From: Macrostomum hystrix
Lineage: Eukaryota; Animalia; Platyhelminthes
Direction of reading: 5' to 3'
Length of the DNA: 64,000 nucleotides
Assembly (NCBI GenBank): GCA_950097015.1
Contig: CATNEN010000003.1
Coordinates: 7,130,001-7,194,000 of the forward strand
Shown: one piece after another, positions 22,601 to 34,408 of the stretch
Numbering within the stretch: the first letter of the stretch is position 1
How the letters are laid out: each line of letters starts with the position of its first letter
The notes under the pieces: model-generated
The model's input: the letters and a program-made list of their open reading frames with translations, nothing else
What the model was told of the DNA's origin: nothing
Database searches by the model: none
Position numbers and translations under genes: made by a program

Positions 22601-25600
22601 CGCTCTTTGAGCACACTGCTCACAGATTCTGCCCTGGAGGCTCTTGTGCTTGGACTTCTAAGGCGTCATCTGGCATCTACCCCTGACGAGCTAGAAGAGG
22701 CCCTGACTCAGCCAGACGAAGCGGTGTTTGCTCAGACGCCCGAAAAGGTAATTTGAGTCACCTTGTTATAATCTGGCCTGAGGTGTCTGAGAGCTGATTG
22801 TTGACCTTTGTGCACCCATGCACCGCACTCGAAGGCTCATCAACTGTCTGGTCGACACGCTGGCGAGGCTCTTCTGCAGGCTCTGCTACTGGAGCTGCCC
22901 CAGCGAGCTCTCGCAGCTGTTCAACGCGTCTTGGAAGCCCAGCTGGCATCGGCGGCAAGTTCAACAGCTTCGCCGAGGGAGCTGGAGGCGACCCTGTCCC
23001 TTCTGGCTGCCTGTCCGTACGACTTGGCCAAGTGTGTCAGATTTCCCGACCTGTGCTCAGCATGCGGCATCTTGCCGATGCTCCTAGCTGACGATGTCGA
23101 CGATGCTGCCATCGGCGGTGACAATGATCGCAGACAATGGTCCCTGCTGTTGAGACGCAGGGCCCTCATGCTGCTAGCCGCTTGGGCCGATGTCCCGGAT
23201 GCTCTGCCAGCCGAACTGTTTGCGGCCTCGTGTCAAGCCGCGGCCAGTCTAATGTCGGCTAATCGGCATCCGTTGCTCAGACTGCAGGCGGCTCGCCTAG
23301 CTCACGCCCTGCTGACCAGTTTGAATTTGGACGCCAACGCCTTCAGGCCTCACGCTGCTGCCTGCTTTAGCGGATTGGCTGAGCTGCTAGCTCAATCGCG
23401 CTCTGACCAGGCTCAGGTGCACCTCCTGGGCGTGGTGGCAAGCTTTCTCAGGTAAATGCCACCGACGCTAATGCTGATGCTCAGGGATCATTGTCTGAGA
23501 TGGTTATTGTCAGACATTGTCTGAGATGGTTATTGTCAGACATTGTCAGAGATGGTTAGTGTCAGACATTGTCAGAGATGGTTAGTGTCAGACATTGTCA
23601 GAGATGGTTAGTGTCAGACATTGTCAGAGATAGTTAGTGTCAGACATTGTCAGGGTAGTTAGTGTCAGAAATTGTCAGAGATGGTTAGTGTCAGACATTG
23701 TCAGAGATGGTTAGTGTCAGACATTGTCTGAGATGGTTAGTGTCAGACATTGTCAGAGATGGTTAGTGTCAGACATTGTCAGAGATGGTTAGTGTCAGAC
23801 ATTGTCAGAGATGGCTAGTGTCAGACCTTGTCAGAGATGGTTAGTGTCAGACATTGTCAGAGATGGTTAGTGTCAGACATTGTCAGAGATGGTTAGTGTC
23901 AGACATTGTCAGAGATGGTTAGTGTCAGACATTGTCAGAGATGGTTAGTGTCAGACATTGTCAGAGATGGTTAGTGTCAGACATTGTCAGAGATGGCTAG
24001 TGTCAGTTATTGTCAGGGTAGTTAGCGTCAGACACTGTCAGATAGTGGCAGATAGTGTCACATAGTTTGTGTCGGATAGTGTCAAATATTTTGTGTCAGA
24101 CACTGTCAGATAGTGTCAGAAACTGTTAGATAGTGGCAGATAGTTAGTGTCAGACACTGTCAGATATTATCAGGTATAGTTAGTGTCAGATATTTTCAGG
24201 GATAGTTAGTGTCAGACATTGTCAGATTGTGGCAGATATTGTCAGATAGTTTGTGTAAGACACTGTCAGATAGTGGCAGATAGTGTCACATAGTTTGTGT
24301 CAGACACTGTCAGATAGTTTGTGTCAGTCAATGTCAGATTGTGGCAGATATTTTGTGTCAGATAGTGTCACATAGTTTGTGTCAGACACTGTCAGATAGT
24401 GTCAAGTAGTTTGTGTCAGACAATGTCAGACAAGTGAGCACATCACTCCCCTACGTGCAGGTACTCAGTCGCCGACCTTCGGCCCTGCCTGCCCGCCCTG
24501 GTGCCTCACCTGCCGGGCATGTGGGAGTCTGCAAGCGGTGACCAGGCCCGTTTGGCCGTCCTGTCAGTGCTGTGCGAGCTAGCCAAACTGGGCGACCTCA
24601 GCCTCGGCCACCTGGCATTGCCGCTGGCGCACGCCTGTCTCACTGGGCCGGATCTGTTCTGGGAGGGCGGCCTTCATCTGCTGCTCTACCTGCTGTGTCA
24701 CCTGCACTCTTACCCTGATCAGGTACAGATGCCGCATTTTTTAATTTTTCTACATGTGCAAACTTCACGCGCATCCGTCACAAAGTCAACAAATCCGTCC
24801 CATACTATGTATGGACTTAAGCGACACTTTGTCCAGATCCTATCATCCTAAGGAATTCTAGGTCTTACAGCCCGTAATGTTTCACATGATAAACTGTGAC
24901 TTCCCAGACGAAAGTGCAAGGATAGGGTTCTACGGATTGGGTCCTAGACTCTTGTCTAAACAGTTTCATCTTGTATGTATCTTTCTCTAATCTTTCTTAT
25001 CTTCGTATCTTGTCTTCGAATCTGCGCCCCTGTCTAGTGTTGATTCGTTCTCAAATTGCTGTCGTTAAACAAAAAAATTTACCCGGCACGCCACGCGTTG
25101 CCTCGCCAGCCCTGCTTCTTACAGAGTCTGGCCTGCCTGCATTCGCGCATCGCCGAGAGAGCCAGCATGGAGGCCCCTGAGCGACGGCTATTACAGGTGT
25201 GCGCCTACCTGGACTGCGATCGCTACCTGGCTAATCATGGCCACGCTCTGCTAGCCGCCTGTCAGGCATGCCTAGCTGTTACCGGCTGCTTCTCCGAGCG
25301 GCGACTGCAGCCGCTGCTGCTCTGCAACGATCTTCTCAAGGTATGATTCAATCAGATTCAGGATTTAGAATGAGTCATTGTCATTCAGGATTCACAGTGA
25401 GTCATTGACATTCAGCATTCACAATGAGTCATTCCATTCAGGATTCACAATGAGTCATTCCATTCAGGATTCAGAATGAGTCATTCACATTCAGGATTCA
25501 CAATGAGTCATTCCATTCAGGATTCACAATGAGTCATTCCATTCAGGATTCAGAATGAGTCATTCACATTCAGGATTCACAATGAGTCATTCACATTCAG

Positions 25601-26469
25601 GATTCACAATGAGTCATTCCATTCAGGATTCACAATGAGTCATTCCATTCAGGATTCAGAATGAGTCATTGTCATTTAGGATTCAGAATGAGTCATTCAC
25701 ATTCAGGATTCAGAATGAGTCATTCAGATCTATAAATATCATTAAAAACCAATACCGTGCTTTGAAGGTGTCGCCTCAGCCTTCCGCCCAGCTACTGTCG
25801 CCACTGCTACCCGGCCTATTAAACTGTTTCTGTTTGGACTCTAATTTGGCAGCTTCCAGTTTGGCAGCCAATCGATTAGCATTCTGGAAGCTAGTTAGCC
25901 GCATAGCCATGTGCCAACCTGGTCTGCTATTGGCCTCTCATCCCAACCAATCGGCTGTCAATATGCTGCTATCCAATTGGATTGCGGCCTGCAAGCGTTC
26001 GGCTAAGCTGCGCGATTTGAAACTATTGGGCCTAGGGCTGCTAGCCTTCGGCTTCGCGACACTGACCGCATCGGCTACTGGCGGCGGCGCAGATTTCGAT
26101 CACGGAGCAATGTTTGCCGACATTGTTGAAGCTGTCGTTGGCGTACTAGTCCACTGCTCCGGTGCGGCCGATGCTTTAGAAAGTTTGCGACAGCAACAGC
26201 AGCAGCAGCAACAACAGCAGCAGCAACATCTGCAATCCCAGCAGCAGGAAGAGGATCAATCTAGTCACGAGGTTCGCAAGATGTTAGCCAATGCTGCTGA
26301 CTGTGTTCAACGTCTATCAGTTCAAGAGCATCTGCGCCGAGAGCTGCTCAACTTAAGTGCGTCGCTTGGCAACGAGTCCATCTCTAGGCTTTTGGAGTCT
26401 CTAGATGCGGCAACGCGAGCTCAACTAATGGAACTGGTTGGATCTGGATCGACAATGCCATCCGCATAG
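19698..26469 (+). CDS. IPO11: importin-11-like karyopherin-beta (IBN_N + HEAT repeats), 7 exons, about 990 aa
   Basis: Exons 19698-20263, 21929-22347, 22572-22747, 22835-23451, 24461-24722, 25110 (or 25125)-25340 and 25768-26469 join in frame. The N-terminus VRLLAAICIKN...RW...K..IR...QLAM..AMVARFDWPERWPEL...RSLMLLHHIVKALMSK.L matches importin-11; the sequence is divergent. Confidence 0.8.
20298..21920. repeat. 21-bp satellite (ATTCAAGAATCCATCATGCTT) with higher-order blocks
   Basis: Fills IPO11 intron 1; variant blocks recur at 232- and 801-bp offsets. Confidence 0.95.
22358..22550. repeat. about 36-bp degenerate minisatellite (GTGTACATTCACGCCCACCCTCCTCCGCTGTGAATA) x about 5
   Basis: Tandem copies fill IPO11 intron 2. 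Confidence 0.85.
23488..24432. repeat. 24-26-bp TGTCAGA satellite (ATTGTCAGAGATGGTTAGTGTCAGAC), same family as 17.1-18.3 kb
   Basis: Tandem array in IPO11 intron 4. Confidence 0.93.
25348..25728. repeat. 26-28-bp minisatellite (ATTCAGGATTCACAATGAGTCATTCC)
   Basis: About 14 copies fill IPO11 intron 6. Confidence 0.93.
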
Positions 26470-26879
26470 TGCGTGACAATTACTACTGTTAGTAGGTTTA
26501 GATTGACAAAATATTAAATCAGGACATTATTTATCGATGGTTACGGATATTACTAGTACGCCCGTATAGTTTGTTATTCGCATTTCTACTCCTATTACAG
26601 ATTTCAGGTGCAGTTAGTGAGCCTGTTCTGATTATACCACTCACACTTGGCTTGTGTATAAATAATAAATAAATAATTCTTTGGCGTAAATCTCATCTAT
26701 TAGCAAATTTGATTGAAAGTTGTGCTTTTTGAGCACTTAAAACGAAGTTTTTGTATTTTATACTGACGTTCTATATCAGGTAGATTATACCGTTAAATCT
26801 AAACTGTCAATGAAGGTGACTTTGTTATTGATTAACCTTTATTGCAAGTTGACTATAAAGTCCGATTTTACTCACTAAT

Positions 26880-27015
26880 TCACAGGGACCAGATGTGGGT
26901 AAGTGATAACTACAGCTTACATGCAGCCATACATTCAAAGCGTACAGCTGCTCTCGACTAGTGGCCGCAACACACTCGAATTTCTCCCCCCGGCTGATGC
27001 TGATGCAGGGTTAAG
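26880..27015 (-). mobile_element. SINE family B 3' fragment (degenerate)
   Basis: Minus strand CAGCATCAGCCGGG...AGCAGCTGTACGC...CACATCTG resembles the 3' half of the copy at 47561-47862. Confidence 0.5.
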
Positions 27016-27305
27016 TAAATAAAGTAATTCATTCTGTAGGTACGAATCAGATCTTAACGTAGTTCCGTTTGCTATTTTATTGCGAGCGGGAATTTACCAG
27101 CACTTCTTGATTAAAGAGAGAACCTATTAAGGATGCATCGTACGAAGATTTAAATATTCTTAATCACTGTTGTTAAAGAAAAATCTCATTATTGGAGTGA
27201 AAATCACTTCTAGTGTCCTAGTTCATTCCAGTTTTTGTTAATTTCTAGTCATGCTAAATCAGCATAATTAACGCACTCGCAAGTCTTGAACATCTGGTGT
27301 CAATT

Positions 27306-29468
27306 TTACCAGAACTTGCAATCATCCGCGGTTTCGGCTGCAGTCGTGTAAGAAGGCGTAGGACAGCCAAAAGCCCTGGCAAATCCGGCATTATTACCGG
27401 CCAGGAGGCCGCGAATGCGCAGCCGGCCAGGCGTGTGGCTCCAGCTGCGGCTGCCGATCTCTAGAAAGTGGCGCTCAAAGTTCGGGCCGCTTTTGGTGCA
27501 GAAAGTGCGCAGGCTAGCAATGTAGAGCAGCTGCTGTGGCGAGTAGCGCTCCATGAAGCCCGGCAGACGCAGATCGCTGACAGAGCTATTTGCCAGTGTC
27601 CTGAGCATCACCGACAATCCAATTTTGTCCGCAACGTCCTCATTGACGTTCGTCTTGTTCAAGCCCAGCTGCAGATATAGCCGCTTTCTCAAGCAGTCCT
27701 GACGCTGTTTTAAACGATCGTCAAAAGTCGCATTTTTCAAACCGATAGCCTCTCCAAGTACGCCGTGTGTGAGCTCGTGGGCGAGAACGAACGCTTGTAG
27801 GCCCAATCGCACTGACGGGGGCTGTTTAAACAGGTAGTGCGGATACTCGAGGAATGCGGGCGGTATAATCACGGCCTCCTGCTGCGGATCGTAGTACGGT
27901 GAGCCCTGGTCGTATGTAGTCTGCGCTGTGCGCATTACGAGGTACTGCTGCAGGGCGTATGCCCTGACTAGAAAACAAGCGGGGCTGGAACTGATTGTGC
28001 ATCCGCGTGGCGGCATGGAGTCTAATGTGCTATCGAAGTGACGAAGAAGAGCTTCCTCGCTTAAGTGTTCCGTTAAAAACCTCAGGTGCGTGTGTTCCAA
28101 TCGTCTCTTCAGAACAGACTTCTCTGGCTGCGAAATCCACTCCTGGGCATCTAGAGCGGCTGCGTAAGCCGCCTTGACTTTGACGAATATTTCCAAAACT
28201 TCCGCTTCTGCGGCCAGTCGCTCAGCTCTTCGATACCTGGCGTGGCGGCCATGCAGCAATGGACGGAAGGCGCCTTCAAAATTAGTTGGTTCCGAGCCGT
28301 CTTCGTGACGTCCAAAGAGCGCTTTCATACACGTAACATCGTTGGGCGTGGCAAAGATCAACATAGCCAGCGCGCACGCTTGATTTATTACAATCAGCTT
28401 TGGAAGTTCTGTAATCCTTCGACCGCAATTCTCCAGCATACAGACGGTACGCACAAAAGTTCTCGCGTCTGGAAGAACCAGCGGGGTGTGATCGGTCACT
28501 GGAGGTTCGGTAGTTGACTGAAGACTCCACGTTAGAAATTCATCTAAGTTGAAGGCCAAATTCGCCCGTCGGAGAAGCCTTTTGGCATCGCCCACAGTCT
28601 GCACTGGAGATCCGTCCAGAACACTGTCAGCAGTACGATTGCAGGGCTCGCTCCAAAGCATTAGGTCAGAGTGCACACGCCTTATTAGGCCATTCAGGCT
28701 GCCTGGCCGAATTGCCAGGCGCAGTAGGCGCGCCAGTCGCACACCCTGCCATGGCAAATTCGTGAAAAGTGGGCCCGCAAACTTGAAGCCGTAGAAATTG
28801 TCGCCAGCCAGCAGCAGAAGTGCTCGATTCCCATTTAAACGTGCGATGCCGGGCATAACAGTCAATGGACTGGCGAGGCTCTTCGCCGACTGGGCTGGCA
28901 ACAGGCGCTCTAGTTTAAACTGGTGATGAGAAGACAAGTTTAATCCTTTGATGCTCAAGTCTGAAATCTCCTCTAAAATTTCGCCACCGTTGTTTCGCAG
29001 CATCTGAGGAAAGCTCCAGTCTGCCTCGTTGGCCTCAAGAGTGACGCAATCGCGTAGAGCGCGCACAGCAAGTCGCTCGTAGGCTCGCAGTTTCTTCGAC
29101 AATGGCATCCCCTGGTGTCCGGGATTCGTGCAGTTACTCATCCAGCAGCCTGTAACCAGTTGTTCCGTCACTCGCTCACTATAGGCCGATGCTGTCCTTT
29201 GAATGTAGTCCAGATGAGCGAAGGACTTCTGCAGCAGACTCTTTCCCTTGAAATGCTGCCCGGAGCGAAAACCGCCGCATAGAAATTCTTCAAAGTCTTC
29301 GCACGGAGAAGTGGAAGTTTTTAGCGAGCTCTGAAGCGCCATGGACATCCGCCAGCAAGCCTCGGTCTGGCACACTGCCGTTCCGTTAGCATTGTTAAAG
29401 ATTGCAAACGATGACTCAGCTAAGAAAGCCAACAACAGCAGCGCCAGTACAGCTTTGTTACTTATCAT
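27306..29468 (-). CDS. M13 family zinc metallopeptidase (neprilysin/ECE-like), secreted, intronless, 720 aa
   Basis: Signal peptide; C.T.AC and SPCEDFEEFLCG (N-terminal M13 cysteines); HELTH zinc motif; NEDVAD (ENIAD equivalent); HTPGRLR; FARAFGC; terminal CKFW. Confidence 0.9.
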   Translation of the reverse strand: MISNKAVLALLLLAFLAESSFAIFNNANGTAVCQTEACWRMSMALQSSLKTSTSPCEDFEEFLCGGFRSGQHFKGKSLLQKSFAHLDYIQRTASAYSERVTEQLVTGCWMSNCTNPGHQGMPLSKKLRAYERLAVRALRDCVTLEANEADWSFPQMLRNNGGEILEEISDLSIKGLNLSSHHQFKLERLLPAQSAKSLASPLTVMPGIARLNGNRALLLLAGDNFYGFKFAGPLFTNLPWQGVRLARLLRLAIRPGSLNGLIRRVHSDLMLWSEPCNRTADSVLDGSPVQTVGDAKRLLRRANLAFNLDEFLTWSLQSTTEPPVTDHTPLVLPDARTFVRTVCMLENCGRRITELPKLIVINQACALAMLIFATPNDVTCMKALFGRHEDGSEPTNFEGAFRPLLHGRHARYRRAERLAAEAEVLEIFVKVKAAYAAALDAQEWISQPEKSVLKRRLEHTHLRFLTEHLSEEALLRHFDSTLDSMPPRGCTISSSPACFLVRAYALQQYLVMRTAQTTYDQGSPYYDPQQEAVIIPPAFLEYPHYLFKQPPSVRLGLQAFVLAHELTHGVLGEAIGLKNATFDDRLKQRQDCLRKRLYLQLGLNKTNVNEDVADKIGLSVMLRTLANSSVSDLRLPGFMERYSPQQLLYIASLRTFCTKSGPNFERHFLEIGSRSWSHTPGRLRIRGLLAGNNAGFARAFGCPTPSYTTAAETADDCKFW

Positions 29469-30369
29469 CGTGTTCTATTTCAGTCGTCAACTATCATTTC
29501 TAGATATTTCTGTGTCTAACTAATGCTGAATATATAGACAAATTTGTTCACAGAACACGTGTGTCAGGTGTGTTTATACAATATTTTGCGTGTAAAACTG
29601 CACGCGTAGAATGAAAAATGAAATTCGAAGATAGCCTTTAAGAGCTATTGAAAGTAACATGTGTCCCGGGTTACAAGGGCCCGTTTGATCACGATAACAG
29701 TTGCAGCTATTCGTTAAAGCTGAACTGGTCGGAAATCCATGTGTGGGTCTAGTAATAGTACAATACTGCGCTTTCCAACGGCATTAGGTCATAATCTTGA
29801 AAAATCTTGTTCTGAAAATTTCCACTTGTACAGACGCCATTTTTCTTACTGAAACGCAGAACTTCAAGGCCAAATAATTCGACTTCAACGAAAATTACTT
29901 TTCATTTGAACTTTTAAGTGTACGAAATTCTACTCCATAGTCTTAGCCCCATTTTGGCAAGCTTTTAAAACACAGTCTTGGCGCAATTCGTATTCGAACG
30001 GTCACATGATCCCGATTCGCCGAAAAATTCCATATTTGTTTGATTCGTACTACATTGAATTCTTAATAATCCTGTTCTAATTAAATGTTTAAAAGATCTT
30101 ATTAACTTTGTCGGTTTAAACTGCTTATATAATCACTAATTCTTCATCATTTTTTATAAATAAAGCATTTCTACTACATTATGAAAGAAACAAGGCATGT
30201 ATTTCAGTTTGCTGAATACAGCATATTCAGATTTAGTTAAAAATCTGACAGGAACTCGCACAATACGCCCCCTATGCGATCGTCTGAGTCCTAGAAGTCA
30301 CCGTTGAAAGCCACCAAGGAAAATAAAAAACACCTTGTACTTGGCATACTAATAATAATAATAATATTA

Positions 30370-30591
30370 ATTGCAGGAGGGCTGTGGGCAATGGCACATC
30401 ATTCGGTGACACTAGACCCGCAGCCAGCGAGGAGGCAATTTCACTGCCTCCTGAGCACACACGCACACAGATACCGTACACAGGCAAACGTTCACACAGG
30501 TATTTCTGGCCTGACTTTCTCATCGTCACTCTCACTGTGCCTTGGTGGTTGGCCCTTAAGGGCGTAAATTACGCGACAAGCCCCTAAGCCT
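30370..30591 (-). mobile_element. SINE family A, 5'-truncated copy with (ATT)n tail
   Basis: Homologous to 1527-1750; adjacent (AAT)n run at 30348-30368. Confidence 0.75.
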
Positions 30592-30634
30592 GATACCTGA
30601 AGCTTTTATACAACTGATTCAATTTGATTCAATG

Positions 30635-30635
<1 letters not shown>

Positions 30636-30667
<32 letters not shown>

Positions 30668-31965
30668 AACGCGCACGCCATCTATGGGTGCTGATTTTTT
30701 TTAATATATATTTTTTAACAACACATTTAAATGAACAACGAAAAGCAACATAAAAAGCGAAGTTAAGTAGGAATCAAATATCGAGCTGGGAAGGGAAAGC
30801 AAAGGTATTAAAAATAAGAGCAGTAAAAACACAAGGGACGCCAGGGATAAAACAAATTATGAAATATCTATTGTTGAATGCTAGTAAAATCTTGTAGTCT
30901 CAGGGCAGCTGTTCCCTTATTTTAGATATTTCTATGATGTATTTTGCTAAAGCTTCAGCGGTTTCCCTATCGTCTTGAGCCATTATGTAGTTAGATTTTT
31001 CTTCTGCTGTTAAGGATATGAATTTGGGGGTTTTCCCAGAAACTTCCGTCTCAAATTTCGAACGTGCTGCGCTATACTTATTCCAAGTGCACTTAAAAAG
31101 GAAGTGGACCTCGTTTTCAACTTCTGTTTTGCACTTACTACATAATCTATTTACATACGGAATTATCGGTCTCGCAGTTCGCAATGTTTCGCAAGCTATA
31201 GCTTATGGTTTCCTAGTCTAAACGAGGCTATGGTACGTCTCAACTCCGGGTTGTATATTTGTTGTAAATATTTTTCGGCTGAATAATATTGCTTGAAGGA
31301 GTAATAGAAGTGACTTAGCTTGCTTGAGTTCTGTGTCCTTTGTCTCCAATGGGTATCGAACTGAGAAACGAAATTTTTCCTGTGGTTTCCAATTGCTTTT
31401 GCAGGACTAATGCCTCTGCAGTTCAGCATAACCTCATTGTTGGTCTTTGCTTTGATTCCAACATCACTGTATGTTTGGTCCGCCAATAACTTGGAAATTA
31501 TGGAGTCCGGCCGGCTTGTTATGGAGGCCCAGTACGAAATGCTTCTTTTCTGGATGTTGTATAATAAAGGCAATCTGCCTAACTCCGAGCGGGCCCCGTT
31601 GCCATCCGTATTTTGGCTGACTTGTAGTATGGCTTTACAGCACCTGATGTTTACTCTTTCAAAAAGACAGCGGTCCCAAGGACCCAGGTTCCACGAGACA
31701 AAAGCCCCCCAGGCCTCAGAGGCGTACAGAGCTATGCTTTCTATCATTGCTGTGCAGTACAGCATGAGCTGATTGTATCTGACCGCCCCATGGCTGGCTA
31801 ATTTCCTTAAGAGAAGAATAGGATTTCCACATTTTTTGTTAATCTCTGTGGCATGGGAATCCACGGTTCCTTTAGCATTGATGTGAAAGCCAAGATATTT
31901 CCATTCTTTGACGCTATCTAACAGTTGTCCCTGCAGAAATAGTTTGTTAGCCGTCTTTGATGGGT
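30636..31965 (-). mobile_element. 5'-truncated non-LTR retrotransposon (LINE) ORF2 3' end with (TAA)n tail
   Basis: KYLGF.I (RT C-terminus), IESIALYASEAWG, ARSELGRLPL, RTIASFRLGNHKL (then a stop) and RLCSKC..EVENEVHFLFKC zinc knuckle. (ATT)n at 30636-30665 forms the tail. Confidence 0.85.
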
Positions 31966-32155
31966 CAGGGCAGCAGCTAATAACCTATGCATAATGCATG
32001 CACAACATGAGTCTCAATGCTGTAATTGTCTTTTGAGTATAATTTAGCGGCACCATAAACCGGCCGTGTAAGGCTTTTGCTACGAGTATATTTACTTGTC
32101 AATAACAGGAATTCCATCGCCTACAGAGTTGAATCCATGTCCATGGACAATGAGT

Positions 32156-32443
32156 TCAAGGGCAGTGGCAGCAGTAGCATGTGCCGCCAAGGAAGCTGTG
32201 ACGGTAGGTCCAGCGCCTCGACGGGCACCTCTTGCACAGGAGGTCCCGTTTCCCGGGGTTGTTGTGCCAGCATCCGGCTCCCTTCACGCCATCGTACTTG
32301 GAGCAAGAGAACGCGTCGTCGATTTTCTTCAGGCCATAGTCGATGACCTTACTGATGTCCACGTTGATGTTGAAGTCCGCCTGCTCGGAGGGCTGAACCA
32401 TGAATGCCGCCAGTCCAACGAAGATCAGAAAGAGACACTTCAT
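32156..32443 (-). CDS. 95-aa secreted 8-Cys defensin-like peptide precursor
   Basis: Signal MKCLFLIFVGLAAFMVQPSEQ; cationic C-terminal domain with 8 Cys ending GTCYCCHCP. 5'UTR intron 32523-32445 (GT..AG) ends 1 nt before the ATG; TATA box upstream. Confidence 0.8.
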   Translation of the reverse strand: MKCLFLIFVGLAAFMVQPSEQADFNINVDISKVIDYGLKKIDDAFSCSKYDGVKGAGCWHNNPGKRDLLCKRCPSRRWTYRHSFLGGTCYCCHCP

Positions 32444-32612
32444 TCTGGAAGGATTTCGATTGATTTGTTAGGACAGACAGACTGATAGTTAAAGGCGGTT
32501 GTGAGCACTCAGACACTGATTACCTTCAACTTGTTTTGTTGCTGCTGCAGATCGCTTGAAAAGTTACTTTTGATTGTTAAAACTTTGATTGTTGCCGAAT
32601 TTGATCATTGTA

Positions 32613-32618
32613 TTTATA
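32613..32618 (-). promoter_or_regulatory. TATA box of the 8-Cys peptide gene
   Basis: CTATAAATA lies about 90 bp upstream of the 5'UTR splice donor at 32523. Confidence 0.55.
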
Positions 32619-33239
32619 GACCCTCTTCCGGCTGTAAAGATCGTCTGACGCATTCGCACAGGTTGACAAGGGGCTCCACTTTTAGAGATCCCAGCAGGTG
32701 AAGTGATTTGAATGACATGCGACAGACTATCTGCCAGGCGTGCTACATGAAGTACAAGAGAAGACAGAGGAGAGACATTCCTGATTGGGGTAGTCAATAA
32801 TTTCGCAGTCACAGTGACATATCAAAATCTGTCACTTTTGGCGATATGAAAAGAAACGTGTGAATAACATTCGGAAAAACATTAGTCCAGCCTTTGACTG
32901 CCAACCTTAACTGAGAAAATGTTGAATACTTTCCATCAACCGAGTAAAATTATTGACACTAAACTCTAAATTGAAGCATTGTTAGTTGCTTCGTCAACAT
33001 TAAAATTATTGTGCAAGAAAATGAATATACTCTTATCTCTTGTACTTGTCCTTTCTCTGCATATGTGCAATACAATTTTTACCGGTCCTAGGGAAGTGTA
33101 TTATAATAATTAGCCGGGAAAATGAACAGTCCAAAACCTGATACATTTCTTATTCTGGAAAGCTAGATCAAAGCTAAAAAATGCATAGTGTGCATTCAAA
33201 TTCTATTGAGATTTTCGCATTGTCTTTAGGCCTGCTTAA

Positions 33240-33535
33240 GGAGGGTAAGTAGCAGAGCGGTCTAACGCGTTTGCCTCTCGCACCAAGGTCCGTGAGTTCG
33301 ATTCAGCGGAGAGGCCGCATTCAGCTTGGCGGCTTGTCGTACAATTTACTCCCCTGAGGGCCAACCTCCAAGGCACAGTGAGAGTGTACACTGCCTGACG
33401 ATGAGAAAGTGTGGGCAGATGTACACACTTGTGTGAGCGTGTGCCTGCGTGCGGTATCTGTGTGCGCGTGTGCTCAGGAGTCAGCGAAACGGGCAGAATT
33501 GCCTCCTCGCTGGCTGCGGGTCTAGTGTGACCCAA
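33240..33535 (+). mobile_element. SINE family A copy with clearest Pol III A/B boxes
   Basis: TAGCAGAGCGG (A box) and GAGTTCGATTC (B box), followed by the family body; 3' end truncated. Confidence 0.8.
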
Positions 33536-34057
33536 TTATGTAACTATGGTAATTATGGTGGAATCAACGTTTTCTTTGACAAAGCGGATTTGTTGTTCGA
33601 CGAATATTTGTAGATTTTCTCTGTCATAAAAACGCGAGATTGGCACTACTTTACCTACTGATGTCCTTATTAGTAGTAGTTTACCGATTAAATTTGCAAC
33701 TGCAAATAAAAAACTGCAACTGTCATGAATTGTTAAACTGCAGTGCCCCTTGTATTTTAAAAAGGCCTGTCACGACTGTTTTCGACGCTGTTGCAGTCTC
33801 TCTTGACCGTTTCAATTAAAAGAAGGTTCGATAATGTCATAATTTGAAACAATTTATTTATTTCATTTAGATTTTTAATTTTTTGTCGCGTTGTCAAGCA
33901 TAACAATTACATGTAAAAATCAATTTATAATGATAGCAAATTCAATTTAGCCGAGTAAATTGATTCAAAATTCAGAGCTCAGGTCAACAAACTAACTCGT
34001 ATAGGCGTCGCTTTTTGACAGCGCATGTCAACGGAAGATTCAATGCTCTCATGAGCA

Positions 34058-34408
34058 AATTAACAGTAGTGAGACCTAATTAACAGTAGTGAGACCTAAT
34101 TAACAGTAGTGAGACCTAATTAACAGTAGTGAGACCTAATTAACAGTAGTGAGACCTAATTAACAGTAGTGAGACCTAATTAACAGTAGTGAGACCTAAT
34201 TAACAGTAGTGAGACCTAATTAACAGTAGTGAGACCTAATTAACAGTAGTGAGACCTAATTAACAGTAGTGAGACCTAATTAACATTAGTGAGACCTAAT
34301 TAACAGTAGTGAGACCTAATTAACAGTAGTGAGACCTAATTAACAGTATTGAGACCTAATTAACAGTAGTGAGACCTAATTAACAGTAGTGAGACCTAAT
34401 TAACAGTA
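34058..34408. repeat. 20-bp perfect minisatellite (TAACAGTAGTGAGACCTAAT) x 17
   Basis: Near-identical units; overlaps the stop codon of the lectin gene. Confidence 0.95.

Noticed and set aside
34058-34408. CRISPR-like array
   Set aside because: Head-to-tail identical units with no unique spacers and no cas genes, in eukaryotic context. The same applies to the other arrays.
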